NCBI RefSeq assembly: GCF_963921235.1
Contig: NC_086109.1
Coordinates: 10,914,001-10,978,000, forward strand
Direction of reading: 5' to 3'
From: Mobula hypostoma
Taxonomy: Eukaryota
Length of the DNA: 64,000 nucleotides
Part shown: piece by piece, positions 1 through 12,830 of the stretch
How positions within the stretch are numbered: position 1 is the first letter of the stretch
How the letters are laid out: each line of letters begins with the position of its first letter
The notes under the pieces: model-generated
Databases searched by the model: none
Seen by the model: only the letters and a program-made list of their open reading frames with translations
Told to the model about the DNA's origin: nothing
Position numbers and translations under genes: made by a program

Positions 1-3000
1 GTCCCATTTTCTACAACATACTGGCTTGATAACTCTGATCCTATCTTCACCTGAATAGTTCTCCCGTTTAAAAAGTCCTTAACCCAACTGAACTTCGCCC
101 CCCCCCGATTCCCATTAAAAGTAGCTTGATTAGGAGCCCCTCTTTCCATGACATACCATAAGCTTTCTCAACATCAAAAAAACTGCAACCACTGTCTCTT
201 TATTTACTTGAGTTCTTCTTATTTCATCCTCTAGACACAACACTGGGTCCATAGTATTCCTTCCTTTCCTGAACCCGCCTTGATACGTAGCCACCATACC
301 TCTACTTTCCAAGAAGCACACTAACCTCTCATTTATCATACATTCCATAAGATTACATGCATGTGACGTCAAGGCAACTGGCCTGTAGTTTCCTGGCCTG
401 TTGGCATCTTTTCCAGGTTTCCTTGTTGAAATAATTATTGCCTTTTTCCAGCTCCCTGGTATTCTCCCTTCATCCCAGACTTTGTTATACAGAAGCAGTA
501 GTTTCTCCAGACTTCCTTCACTCACGTGTTTTATCATACTATAATATATTTCATCTTTACCTGGCGCAGTCTTTCCTGTTTTATCTAGTGCCTTTCTTAA
601 TTCTCCCATGCTGAAAGGGACATCTTGCACACCGTCAAGGTTAGTTTTCCTACATAAAGCCTCCATATTTTCAGCTTTTGTTCTCTCTCTACCTCTTCTT
701 CCCTTCTCAGTCAAATTATCGGAACTATGTACCATAACAAAAGTGTTTGCCAACAACTCTGCCTTTTCCTTATTTGTTACTGCAGTCACATTTCCATCAA
801 CCAGAACTGGGTACCTCCACTCTCTCCTGTCCCCTCCCATCTTTTTTATCATCCCCCACATCTCTCCCACTTGAGTTGTGTTTCCGATTGAATCACAATA
901 CTTTCTCCAGTGCGTCCTTTTAGCATGTCTTATTGTCCTCCTTACTATTGCCTGAGCTTGTTTGTACTGAATCATATGTTGGAAGTTATGAGTTCTTTTA
1001 ACCAGTTTAAATGCCTTATTTCTATTTCTCACTGTTTCCTTACAATTATCATCCCACCATGGTATTACTCTCTTCTTTGCTCTTCCTTTACTTTTAGGAA
1101 TGGATTCTAATGCAGCTGATATTATACCTTGTTTTAATATGCTGTCAAGTGTTTCTATATCCATTCCATCACTGACCTGACTTAGATATCTATCACTTTT
1201 TTCCAGAAATTTCTCCCAATTGGCTTTCTCAAGGATCCATTTCCCACCTGTATTCTCTGTGACCAATGAGGCAGAAATATTTATCTTGCACCAGATTGGG
1301 TAATGATCACTCCCTACAGTTCCTTCTTGGTACACTAACCAATCACACACTGATGCAATGGAGTTTGATACTAATGTAAGATCACGCACAGACTCTTTAC
1401 CTGTATTAACATCAATTCTAGTACTACTGCCATCATTAAGGCACATAAATACTTCTCATCTAGCAACTCCTCTATTACCCGACCATTGATGTCTATTCTG
1501 TCACTCCCCCATAATACATTATGTACATTAAAATCACCACACCAAACAACATTACTACTATTCTGCCCTTCTATCTCCTAAGGCTTGTTTAACGCTAGTC
1601 TTTTGCATGGATTATAATAATTCACAATCACCACCTCTTTCCTTTCAGCCCACACTTTTACTACCACATACTCTTGTTCACTTCCTACACCTAGTATTCT
1701 ATAAGGAATACCTTGCTTTACATAAGTCGCACATCCTCCTCCTCCCGCCCTCTCGTCTCTCCTTACTGCCACATAACCATATAAAACAAAATCCAAATTA
1801 GGTTTTAAACAGGTCTCCTGGATACACACAATATCTGGCTTTTCTCTCCTGCTAGCTATAAACTGCTTGAAATCTTGTCCATCAGCAATCAGGCTTCTTG
1901 CATTCCATTGAAGAAGTAAAATTATTAGTAATATCAACCCACACATACTGCCTCTTGACTTGACTGTACCCTGAGTTCATCGTTTACTTCTTCCCATTTT
2001 AATCCTATCAAACCCAAATGGTGCTCTGCAGCTTTCACAATAATCTGAATCCTTTCAGTTTTAGACTTGATCTCATAAGTTGCGTTTACCACTCCTGCTG
2101 TACAGGTCACCAATTTCTTCTTCTCTATCCATGCATTCTTCTTATCTTGCCTTTCTTTAGCTGCCGCTTGCTCTTTGCTACACCCTCCCTCAGTCATTTT
2201 CTTCTGTCCTGCCAACTTGACTGCCTCTGCGTATGAGACTTTTTCCTTCACCCTTATCTGCTGCACCTCCACCTCTTTTCTCAACACTTCACATCCCCAG
2301 TCCACTACACTATGGTTACCTTCACAATTACGGCACTTTGGTCTCACTCCCTCTCCACTTTTTCTGTATTCATGTTTCCCACCACACCTTGCACATCTTC
2401 TCTTTCCTTTGCACACTTTACCCACATGCCCAAACTCCTGGCAATTGAAACACCTCATAGGTTTTGGTATATATTCTCTTACACTGTATCTTAGAAATCC
2501 AAAATATAACTCCTTTGAAGGCATCTTATCATCAAATTCTACCAGAACAGTTTCAGTCTCTCTTTTCTCTGCTCCCCTTGTCATTCTTTTCACACTCTTC
2601 ACTGAACTATTCCTCACCCTCAAGTTCTTCACTAGCTCCTTCATATTAACACTGAGGGGAACCCTGGAGATCTCCCCCTTGCAACCATTGACCCTTTGTG
2701 CTCCAACTCTTACAACCCTGCACACTGTCTTTCCCAACAGTAGTCACCTTCATCGCCTTCTCCATCTGCTCTTCAGTTTTACATCCTATCAGCAGGTTTC
2801 CATCTCCTAAAATTCCCGCATGGTTCACTTCCCCTACTTGCCATCTGATGATATTTGTTAGCTTAAGTGGATCAATTTTCTTTACTCCCCCTTCCCCCTC
2901 AAATCTTACCACTACATTTAGCAATTTTGCCCTCAGGCCCTTCTCCTCAACTTCTCTTCCCTCACTTTCCGATCCACCTACACTAGACCCACCTCCTTTC

Positions 3001-3283
3001 TTTCCCTTCCGACCCTTCACCTTCATGTTCTTAGTCCCTCTCCCTACCTCTTCCCACTCAAACTCTGTGCTATTGCTGTCACCATCAGTCTCCCTCCCTG
3101 CCATCCTATCAGAGTTTGTAAGGAACCGTGTACGAATATCGTTCCAGACCGATACAGGCCGTCGGTCAATATTCCCACAGAATGTCCCCCACAACACCCC
3201 AGCAGCTCACTTGGTCCACTTCTTCCGCTCACTGTTCAATACGGTACGCGGTTCGTGGTACACGGTTCGCCAGCTGCCAGCCC
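1..3283 (-). mobile_element. Nimb/I-clade LINE copy A: 5' UTR, ORF1 and disrupted ORF2, continuing beyond the window start
   Basis: ORF1 (ATG 3104, frameshift near 2730, stop 1934) has gag-like knuckles CFNCQEFGHVGKVC, CARCGGKH and CRNCEGNH. ORF2 from about 1946 has APE motifs (LQWNARSL, IQET, GSDHYPI) and RT motifs (YRPVALTS, QGGFRKGR), with a stop and a frameshift. Confidence 0.88.
1934..3104 (-). pseudogene. Nimb LINE ORF1 (gag-like zinc-knuckle protein), frameshifted
   Basis: ORF-track pieces 2646..3197 and 1934..2737 join across a frameshift. Three CCHC-type knuckles, one degenerate. Confidence 0.85.
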
Positions 3284-3295
3284 TCCTCCCAACCT

Positions 3296-6200
3296 GTCTG
3301 TCTGTATCTTGTTTTACTGCAGTTGGCATCCAGCTTAATGGTGCATTACCACCACCCTCTGCTCCGGAATGTGCACTAGACATACATTCTAAATCCCTTC
3401 ATCCAATTGCATATATATATATATATATATATACATACACACACACACACACACATATATACAAACCTACACTTCACCCTCCCATCTTTGACCATCCTAG
3501 TGTCCTATTCCTGTTTATTCGTCATATTCTATAAAAAACCCCTGTACCCCTTAAAAATGCTAAAAATACCCGGACTTGTGCTCTCTCACCCATGCCCAGC
3601 AACCCTTTTAATATGAATTACTGCATTCCCAACTCCCTTAATTTATTTCTCATCATCTCTCTCTGTATCCCATACTTCCTGCAACACAAAACTACATGTT
3701 CTACTGACTCCTCTTCCTGACATTCCTCACACAATCCTGTCTGGTGTTTCTCTATCATTTTCAATGTTTTGCTTAATGCACAATGCCCCAGCCTTAACCT
3801 AGTCCACACAATTTCCTCTCTTCTGTTTCCATTACCTACCCTAGTACCTGCAACACTCTTTTGTATTTGATATAAATGCCTCCCTTTCCCCTCCCTGTCC
3901 CATCTTTCTTGCCACATTCGGTTGACTTTTTCCCAGATTACACACTTAACCGCTGCTTTACTGATACTAATGTGCATTTCCACATTTTCTTTCTTTAACG
4001 CCCTCTTTGCCAACTCATCCACCCTCTCATTCCCCTTCACCCTTACATGTGCTGGAACCCATAGAAATTTTACCTGACCTCCCTGATTTGCAATTCTTGT
4101 AACTAACTGAAGGACTTCATAAAGTACATCTTGCCGACTGTTTGTGTGAAAAGACCTTAAACTTGCAAGAACTGAGGATGAATCTGAACATATCAATGCT
4201 TTGGCTTGTCTGGTTTTCTACACCCATTGCAACACAACCAACACTGCCAGCATCTCCACTGTAAACACCCCTAACTTATTAGATGTTCTTCTGCTGATTC
4301 CAATTTCTTTTGCTGGTATTACCACCCCAAACCTTGTCACTCCTGTTTCAGGTTCCTTCGCACCATCCGTATAAATGTGAGTATAATCACTATACTTTTC
4401 CATCACATGACAGTTAAATGCATTTACCAAATCTGTTTTATATCTTTCTTTCCTTTTTACCTCTAACAAATGCCAGTCTATGTCAGGCCATACAAGCTTC
4501 CATGGAGCTACAACTGGATAAACTACTGAAGGACTTATCCTCAGATCAAATACTCCACATTCTTTCGCGATATCATTCCCTACCCGACTAAAGGTATCCC
4601 TCTGAAACCTCCCATTTTCCCAGCACTCCTGCAACACTCCTTTAGTAGGGTGAGAATCATTGTGCCCCTGCAAGTTAGCCCAGTAGTTTGCCATCAGTTG
4701 CATCCTTCTTAGTTCCAAAGGCATTACTCCCATTTCTACCTGTAGGGCTGACACTGGTGACGTTTTAAAAGCCCCACTGCACACTCTCAAGGCCTGAGCC
4801 TGAATCACATCCAGTTTCCTTATAAGAGACCTAGCTGCTGATCCATATACTATATTTCCATAATCCAATACAGATCTTACTAAAGCCACATACATTCACA
4901 CATACAAAGCTGAACAACTTGCTCCCCATTCCCTACCAGTCAAACATCTCATCACATTTATTACTTTTTTACATTTCTCCTCAACTTTCCTGATATGGTC
5001 TGCCCATGTTAATCGTGAATCAAATATAACTCCCAGAAATTTAAATGATGCAACCCTTTCTAATTCAACCCCATACATCCTTAACTTCTTCCCTACCTCA
5101 ACCCTTTTCCTGGTAAAAAATACAGTTTGAGTTTTGTCTACTGAAAATCTACATCCCCAATCATAACCCCACTCCACCACTTCATCAATTGCTTCTTGTA
5201 GTTTCCTGATTATATGGTCCATGTTCCTGCCTCTTTTCCACAAGGCCCCATCATCTGCAAACAGTGACCTACCTATATCCACTGGTACTTTTGTGAAGAC
5301 ATCATTGATCATAATGATGAAAAGTAACGGGCTAATCACACTACCTTGAGGTGTGCCATTTTCCACTATGCACTGTTTTGATAATTCTGATCCAATCCAA
5401 ACTTGAATTTTTCTACCAAACAAAAAATCTTTAATCCAATTAAAAACTCTCCCACCAAGCCCCATCTTGTGCAGTTTAATTAATAATCCTTCCTTCCACA
5501 TCATATCATAGGCTTTTTCAATGTCAAAGAACACTGCCACTACTGACTCTCTATTTGCCTGGGCCTTCCTTATTTCAGTCTCTAACATAATCACTGAGTC
5601 CATGGAATTCCTTCCCTTCCTAAAACCACTCTGATAACTTGCCAGCATTCCCCTTTTCTCAAGCTCATATGATAACCTTTCTGTTATCATCCTTTCCATT
5701 ACCTTACATATACTTGATGTTAATGCAATTGGTCTGTAGCTAGTGGGTTTTGACAGATCCTTGCCAGGCTTCCTTATTGGAATTACTACTGCTTCTTTCC
5801 ATGCACTTGGTAATCTTCCCTCCTCCCACACTCTGTTATAAAAATGCAGCAACTTCAAGAGCACTCCTTCTCCTAGATTTTTTAGCATCACAGAGCACAT
5901 CAGATCTTTCCCTGGGGAGGTTGGTCTCGATCTCTTTATTGCTCTCACCATTTCTGCTAATGTAAATGGATCATCAATTATATCATCTGTTCCTTCCCTC
6001 CTGCTTAACACAGCTGGGTGTTGGCTCATTATTCTTTCCCTTCTTCTTCTCCCTTCTTCAGACAAATTTTCTGAACTGTGTATCAGTACAAATGACTTGG
6101 CCATGACCTCAGCCTTATCCCTACTGGAGACTGCAGTTTCCTCCTCAGATATCATTACTGGATATTCCCATTCCCTTCTATCTCCTCCCATCCTCTTAAT

Positions 6201-6963
6201 CATTCCCCATATCTCTCCCACAGGTGTTGTTCTTCCTACCTTATCGCAAAAACTCCTCCAACTTGCCCTTTTAGCTTGACGTATAGTTCTTCTCACCACT
6301 GCCTGTGCTTTCTTATATTGAACCAAATGCTGCATATTATGGGTTCTTTTAACTAGCCTGAATGCTCTATTTCTGTTTTTTACAGTCTGACAACATTCTT
6401 CTGTCCACCATGGTACCAGTTTTCTATTCATCCTATTTTTACTCCTGGGTATAGATCCTTCTGCTGCCATGATAATTGCTGAAGTCACCTGACTGTTTAA
6501 TTCATCTACATTTCCAGAAATATCAATCTTTGTCAACTCTTCTTCACTCAACTTCTGGAACTTACCCCAATCTGCTTTTCCAAACACCCACTTTGGGGTT
6601 CCGACACCTGGTCTTACTTCAACTCTTTCACCCACTGAACATAAAACTGAGTAGTGATCACTGCCTACTGTTGAAGCAGTCCAAACTCCCCAGTTACTAA
6701 TGCCAGCCAAGGTATCAGACACTAACGTAATATCTAACACTGACTCAGTTCCTGTTGTTATATCTATCCTTGTGCCTCTACCATCATTCATACACACCAA
6801 ATCCCTTTCTTCCATCAAATCTTCAATTACCTTTCCATTTGGATCTGTAATCTGATCCCCCCATATTGTGCTATGAGCATTGAAATCTGCACACCACACT
6901 ACTTTATGTCTGTTTTGTCCTTGTATCTTTAATAGGCTGTCCAAATCCGACCTTTTACATGGA
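3296..6963 (-). mobile_element. Nimb/I-clade LINE copy B, 5'-truncated, with APE(partial)-RT-RNase H-CCHC ORF2 and a 12-bp TSD
   Basis: RT motifs (YRPIALTS, FFDIEKAYD, GTPQGSVISP, LFADD), RNase H motifs (IYTDGAK, ICSDS, WVPAH..GNERVDELAK) and C-terminal CEEC..EHVVLCC. Three in-frame stops (about 4896, 4218, 3618) and a natural stop at 3522-3524. 3' UTR ends in a (CAGA)n-like tail. Flanked by TCCTCCCAACCT at 3284-3295 and 6964-6975. Confidence 0.92.
3409..3460. repeat. Compound (AT)n(AC)n microsatellite inside the Nimb 3' UTR
   Basis: Directly visible. Confidence 0.9.
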
Positions 6964-7159
6964 TCCTCCCAACCTAACCTACATTCTAAAATTTATGCTG
7001 CTTTTCTACTGATTGGCATCATGTGTTTGTGATGATTCTCAACTACATGATCAGGTCAGGTGGAGTGTTTAATTAGACAAACGTGGACCCCTTTGTTTCT
7101 CTGGATTAGGACATAGTTAAACAAGGCTGATGTGGACCCTTTTGATTGAGTCATTGTTT

Positions 7160-8130
7160 AACTAAGCCAACATCAAAGGTGGTGACAAATCAGGATAGAG
7201 GAGGTAGATTGAAAATCTATCTGAGTGGATCCACAACCTTTCAGTTAATGTCAGGAAGACCAAAGAACTGATTACTGACTTCAGGAGGAGGAAACTGGAG
7301 ATCCAAGAGCCAGTTCTCATTTGAGGATCAGAGGTGGAAAGAGTCAACAACTTTAAACTCCTCGGTGTTACCATTTCAGAGGATCTGCCCTGGGCCCCGC
7401 ACGTAAGTGCCATTACGAAGAAAGTACTGTAGTGCCTCTCCTTCTTTAGAAGTTTGCAAAGATTTGGCATAACATCTAAAACTTTGACAAATTTCTATAG
7501 CTGTGTGGTGGAGAGTATATTGACTAGTTGCATCATGGCCTGGCATGAAAACAACAATGCTTTTAAATGGAAAATCCTATAAAAAGTAACGTATATGGCC
7601 CAGCACGCCTATACAGAACACTGTCACAGGAAAGCAGCATCTATTATCGAGGACCCCAGTCATGCTCTCTTCTTGCTGCTACCATCAGGATGAAGGCACA
7701 GGAGCCTTAGGACCCCACAATCAGGTTTAGGAATCAGGCTCTTGCACCAGAAGGAATAACTTCACTCTCCCTGTCACTGATTTGCTCCCACGACTTTCAA
7801 GGACTGTTCATTTTGTGTTCTCATATTGCTTATTTAATGATATTATTGCTCTTTTTCATGTTTGCAGTTTGCTGTCTTCTGCACTCTGGTTGAATGTCCT
7901 CGGTGGGTGGTCTTTCACTGATTCTGTTACAGTTACTATTCTATAGACTTCTTGAGTATGCCCACAAGAAAGTGAATTTCAGAGTTGTATATGGTGTCTT
8001 TGATAATAAAATTTACTTTGAACTATTATGTTTCCTGGAGATACTGTGTACCCCCAGAAGAAAACAGATCTCATGTTTGTATATGGTGTGATACTTGTAC
8101 TTTGATCATAGATTTACTTTAAACTTTGAA
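7160..8130 (+). mobile_element. Rex1/Babar-type LINE 3' fragment with tail
   Basis: Degenerate NVRKTKELITDFRR..VERVNNFKLLGVTISEDL.W coding remnant, then a 3' UTR ending in AATAAAATTTACTTTGAAC-type tails. Confidence 0.7.
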
Positions 8131-8459
8131 CATAAACCCCATTGATTAAGTCAAGAGTTTGAGCAATGAGTGTAGGAGTTTAACTTCTTTGGTAACAAAC
8201 GTTTTAAAGAGTGGGCAATTTCTGCTGTTGTGCACAGAAGGAAATTCTCTTTATTCATAACAAATCTCAATCCTTACACAGTTTGTCCTGCTGTGCTGAA
8301 AAACCTGGTGTTAGCAATAACACATACTGCAAGTCATGAAGCTGGATTTCCAGTATCTGCAGAATCTCTTGTGTTTTTGAGCTTAATAATATGAGCTTTT
8401 GGGGCTGTGGAAAGTGAATATCCATCACTTGGAGCTGTTCTGTGATCCAATGGCTGCAT

Positions 8460-8800
8460 TCAAAGTGAAAAGGCCCACAGAGAGTGGACATAGAGAGGAT
8501 GTTTTCTATAGCGGGAGAGTCTAAATCCAAAGGGCACAGACTAAGAATAGAAGGATGTCTCTTTAGAACAGAGATGAGGAATTTTTTTTAGCCGGGTAGT
8601 AGTGAATCTCTGGAATTCATCACAGCAGATTGTTGCAGAGGCCAAGTCATTGCATATATTTAAAGTGGAAGTTGATAGGTTCTTGAAGGTTACAGGGAGA
8701 AGGCAGAAGAATGGAGTTGAGAGGGCAAGTAAATCAGCCATGATGGAATGGAGGAGCAGATTTGATGGGCTAATTCTGCTTCGATGTCTTATGGTCCTAA
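8460..8800 (+). mobile_element. CR1 LINE 3' fragment
   Basis: RVDIERMF..ESK.KGHRLRIEG..FRTEMR.FF..VVNLWNS remnant plus a 3' UTR ending ttatggtcc. Confidence 0.75.
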
Positions 8801-9159
8801 AAGACTGATTAAACAAGTGCAAACATTCATGGAACTTGCAGCCTCGAGTAATTGACGATGTACTTGTGTCCAAGTTTATCTGTTATACCAAGATTATCTT
8901 TGATCCCCGAATTCAAGATCAAAGTTGAGTTTATTGTCATGTGTGCACAGGTGCAATGAAAAACTTACAGTTGCACATCCCATGCTGTGAAAGCATTTCT
9001 AATAGCACTCCAAGCGACAGTGTAATGCAACATCCTGTAATTTCCTGGAAGAGTGTGCATAGCTGCAGATTTTAAAACAGCTTTGTCTTTTTTTTTAAAT
9101 AATCTGACCTCACTTCAGCCCTGTGAATGAACCTCACAATGTAGTGCTGTTTGCATACT

Positions 9160-9470
9160 CGGTTAGTCAATCGGTAGTCTGGAATTCGAAGCCCGGTTGC
9201 TGGAGACTGGCAGTAGGGGGTCCCTCCTGGAGTGGAATCGGACGACTGTCGACGTGCGTGGATGGGAGGGAGGGAAATGGCTTGCTATTGTTGTTGTGTT
9301 CTGTGTTGTTCTGGCCAGCATTATGGCTGGTATGCCGTATAGGCTCCGGAATATGTGATGACAATTGCAGGCTGCCCCCAGTACATCCCCAGGTGTGCTG
9401 GTTGTTAATGCAATCCACACATTTCACTGTATGTTTCAATGTACTTGTGATAAATAATTCTGGGTCTGGA
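9160..9470 (+). mobile_element. SINE-like insertion sharing the V-SINE 3' tail, with a 5-bp TSD
   Basis: ATACT at 9155-9159 and 9471-9475. The 3' half matches the tail of V-SINE copies at about 31970 and 49490. The local duplicate near 10430 shows the empty site. Confidence 0.6.
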
Positions 9471-11789
9471 ATACTTGCATGGAAGGAATGAGAGAGATGT
9501 ATAAGAATTGGCTGTTAGGAAAGATTGCTTATTCAAGAACGTAACATGGATAGTGTGCCCTGCGTGAGTCTTTAGTTATGCTGACTTCAGGAATCACTGA
9601 AATAGTCATTATAACCCTAATACTCAGAGCTGATATTTGGCCATCATCAATAGTTACCCATGGAGAACTGTAGAAGAGTCAGTATAATATCCCTATAAAC
9701 TCAATGGCTGTACTCTAAGCCTTTCCGGAAAACAATCGCTGCTGAAATGTCCAAGGGGATGTGTGTTGACGACTGTTGAATTTACCTTGCCGGGTCTATG
9801 TGTCTCGCTTCGAGACTCATTGAAGAAGACCCGGCCACATAGTTAAATGCACGGCTCCAGACGGTCACAAAAACGGAATTGGATATTTACGGCAGGAGAC
9901 GGCTCCTAATCGCGGACCAAGTGTGGTCTGCAAGCTGCAGAAAGAAGCGATCTTCCTGCCAGCTGGTGCCACAGTCTCTGGTATATTTCTGTGGAGACTG
10001 GAATAGCTTCATTTTACAAAGCCCCCCCCCCCCCAATCTCCACCCTCCAGGAGACACGGCAGTAGCTGTTACTGCTGCTCTCTACTCAATCCAGCATTAA
10101 CCGTTCCCTGATCAGTTCTGGAAGATTGCATTTAACCAGATGTTTCTGTATTGCTGTCCTTAACACTAGATCGTAAAATCCAATCCGAGAACTTAATCTG
10201 ACATCCCTGTGAATTAAGTTATCCTGTTACACTGTTTCATAATGTATCATTGACAATACCATTCCGTGCAATCATACAATGATATTTCCCCTAGTTTCCT
10301 GGAAGATTTTGCATAGCTGCAGATTAGAAACTGCTTTTAGCTTTATTTTAAATAATATGAGCCTTTTATTAAAATAATTTGGCATCACCTCAGCCCTGTG
10401 AATTAAGTTCATTATGTAGTGTTATCTGCATATTTGCATGGAAGAAACAAGAGAGATACATAAGAAATGACCGTGTATTGTTCATTCAACACCAACTCCT
10501 CTGCTTCTTCAGAAGGGTAAGGAAATATAATATGTCCCCCATAGCTTTCACCAGATGCACCATAGAGAGAGTATTCCATCTTGATATAACACAGCTTGGT
10601 CTGGCAACTGTTCTGCCCAAGATCACAACAACTTGCAGAGAGTTGTAGGCATGGCCCAGTCTATCAAGAAAAACAGCTTTTTGACTCTGTCTATACTCAC
10701 CAAGGCTTTGGAAAAGCAGCCAACATAATCAAAAATCTTTCTCACCCCAGTCTTCTCTCTCTTCTCCCACGTTTCATCAAGCAGAAGATTCAAAATCCTG
10801 GAAGTGTGTACCACCAGACTCAGGGACAGCTTCTATCCTGCTGTAAAAAGACTCTTGAATGGATATCCTAAATGACAAAGACAAGCTCTCGATCGCTTAA
10901 TCTACATCATCATTGCCCTTGCACCTTAATTGTCTACCTGCAAAAGACTTTGCCCGTAGCTGTAACGCTATGTTCTGCGTTCTGTTATTGCTTGTCCCCT
11001 TTGTGATACCTGAATGTACCAATACAAAATGCTGGAGAAACTCAGCAAGTCAGCCAGCATCCATGTAGGAGAATAAACAGTTGGCATTTTGGATTGAGAC
11101 CCTTCACAGGACTGGAAATGGAGGTAGCAAAAGTCCTTATTTCCTTTCCAAGTCCTTATTTCATGATGAAGGGTCTCATCCTGAAACATCGGCTGTTTAT
11201 TCCCCTCCATAGATGCTGCCTGACTTGCACCAACATAGCTTACCCACATACGTACTAACCCTAACCCTTAAGACTTTGGAAAGTAGAAGGTAACCAAAGA
11301 GGAAACCTATGGAGTCATAGGGAAAACATGCAAACTCCTTACAGACAGTGGTGGGAATTCAACACCAACCTTCCCATTGCTGGTTCTGTAAAGTATTATA
11401 CTAACCATTTCACTACTGCCTACTTACATTTGGAATGATCCATCCTGGATGGCATGAAAAACATCTGAGTTTATGTAAGAATAATAAACCAATTACCATT
11501 TACTAAGGTATTATAATCTTCAAAATGTGCCAAGTGTGAGCCATCAATTAAACTGGCAGGCTCTTGTAAGTACTGTTTTTTTAATAATTTGTATCAAAGC
11601 CAAATTATAAGGATTTAATTCAGCTAGGATGCCTGTGTCTAGAGCACCAAGAGGAAATGAAAGAAAGATGTAAATCTTCAGAGACGGGGGACAGGCCTCT
11701 GCAAGTCTGTGGTTAGGGAGCAATCACCTGTCAACATGAGGCAGCAGTCGGCCATCAAAGCTCAAATTCCATATGTTGTTTTTCAACGA

Positions 11790-12352
11790 GGGATTCTGCA
11801 GGTGCTGAAAATCCAAAGTAACACGTACAAAATGCTGGAGGAACGCAGCAGTTTAGGCAGCATCCGTGGAGAGGAATAAAGAATCAAGTTTTGGGCTCTG
11901 GGACCGGGACCCTTCTCTCTGTTTTCCATTCCCCATTCTGGCTCCTCTCCTTTACATTCTTTTCCTCTCTCACCCGCTTATCCCCTCCGGCCTCCTTATC
12001 TCTTCCCTTCACCTGCCTATCATCCGCCTCCAGCACCCTTTCTCCCATGGTCCATACTCATCTCCTATCAGATTCCTCCTTCTTCAGCCCTCTACCTTTT
12101 CCACTTATCACCTCCCAGCTTCTCACTTCATCATCCCTTTCCGACCCATCCACCTTTCCCCCTCACCTGGCTTCACCTATCACCTTCCAGCTCGTGCTTC
12201 TCTCCCGCCCCCTCCCCACCTTCTTAGTCTGGCTTCTCCTCTCTTCCTTTCCTGTCTTGATGAACAGTCTCGGCCCAAAACATCGACTGTTTGTTCCCCC
12301 TCATAGATGCTGTCTGACCTGCTGAGTTCCTCCAGCAATTTTATCTGTGTGA
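11790..12352 (+). mobile_element. Penelope-like element terminal repeat with inverted 5' arm
   Basis: Pyrimidine-rich body, then a degenerate hammerhead and gatgctgtctgacctgctgagttcctccagc, with an inverted copy of the same end at 11790-11915. Confidence 0.7.
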
Positions 12353-12463
12353 CATGATTTCTAAATATATTTTGTATTACTTTATTGAACACCAAAAACT
12401 ATTAAGTTGTATGTCCAGTAACAGTGTTAAATACACACAGTTTGTGGACAAGGGCAATCAGCA

Positions 12464-12830
12464 TGTCATGAGCCCTTTGGGCCTGTACGGCAAACCGTAG
12501 AGCATTGGGCTCCAAGTTTTCGAGAGTACCTGTATTTGTTAATTGATGGCTTAACTAGAGCTATTAACTCCTTGTGCTTTCTGTTTAATCTTGTCAAGTT
12601 TATTTTGAATGGCATAGGTTTTCCGTGTTCTGTGATTATTTAAGGCGGACTCCTGATTAGAACTGATTGCGGGGTCCTTGTTTTGAGAATGATTTGCTTT
12701 GCGGTGTCGCTTGGTTAAGCCACCGAAGTTCTGAAGGAATTCCTATGTATAAACTCTCGTTTCCATCTCTATGTAGAAGTCTGTCCTTCCTTTGCAGCTG
12801 GGTTCAGTCATCACCAGCGCCTCCGTGACA
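12464..12830 (+). mobile_element. Candidate solo LTR (Gypsy-like)
   Basis: Begins TGTCATG and ends CGTGACA (inverted termini). Internal TATTTAAG and TATAAA, CpG-richer than the flanks. TSD is poor. Confidence 0.45.

Noticed and set aside
2175..3534. Long + strand ORFs (211 and 278 aa)
   Set aside because: Antisense shadows of the purine-rich Nimb ORF1, with low-complexity S/P/F/L composition.
130..6944. RT ORFs as a retron, DGR or other novel RT system
   Set aside because: The APE-RT-RNase H-CCHC order, gag-like ORF1, tail and TSD identify ordinary non-LTR retrotransposons.
11866..12325. Overlapping Pro/Ser/Leu-rich ORFs (also at 26463-26765 and 36801-37223)
   Set aside because: Pyrimidine-rich Penelope repeat sequence lacks stop codons by composition.
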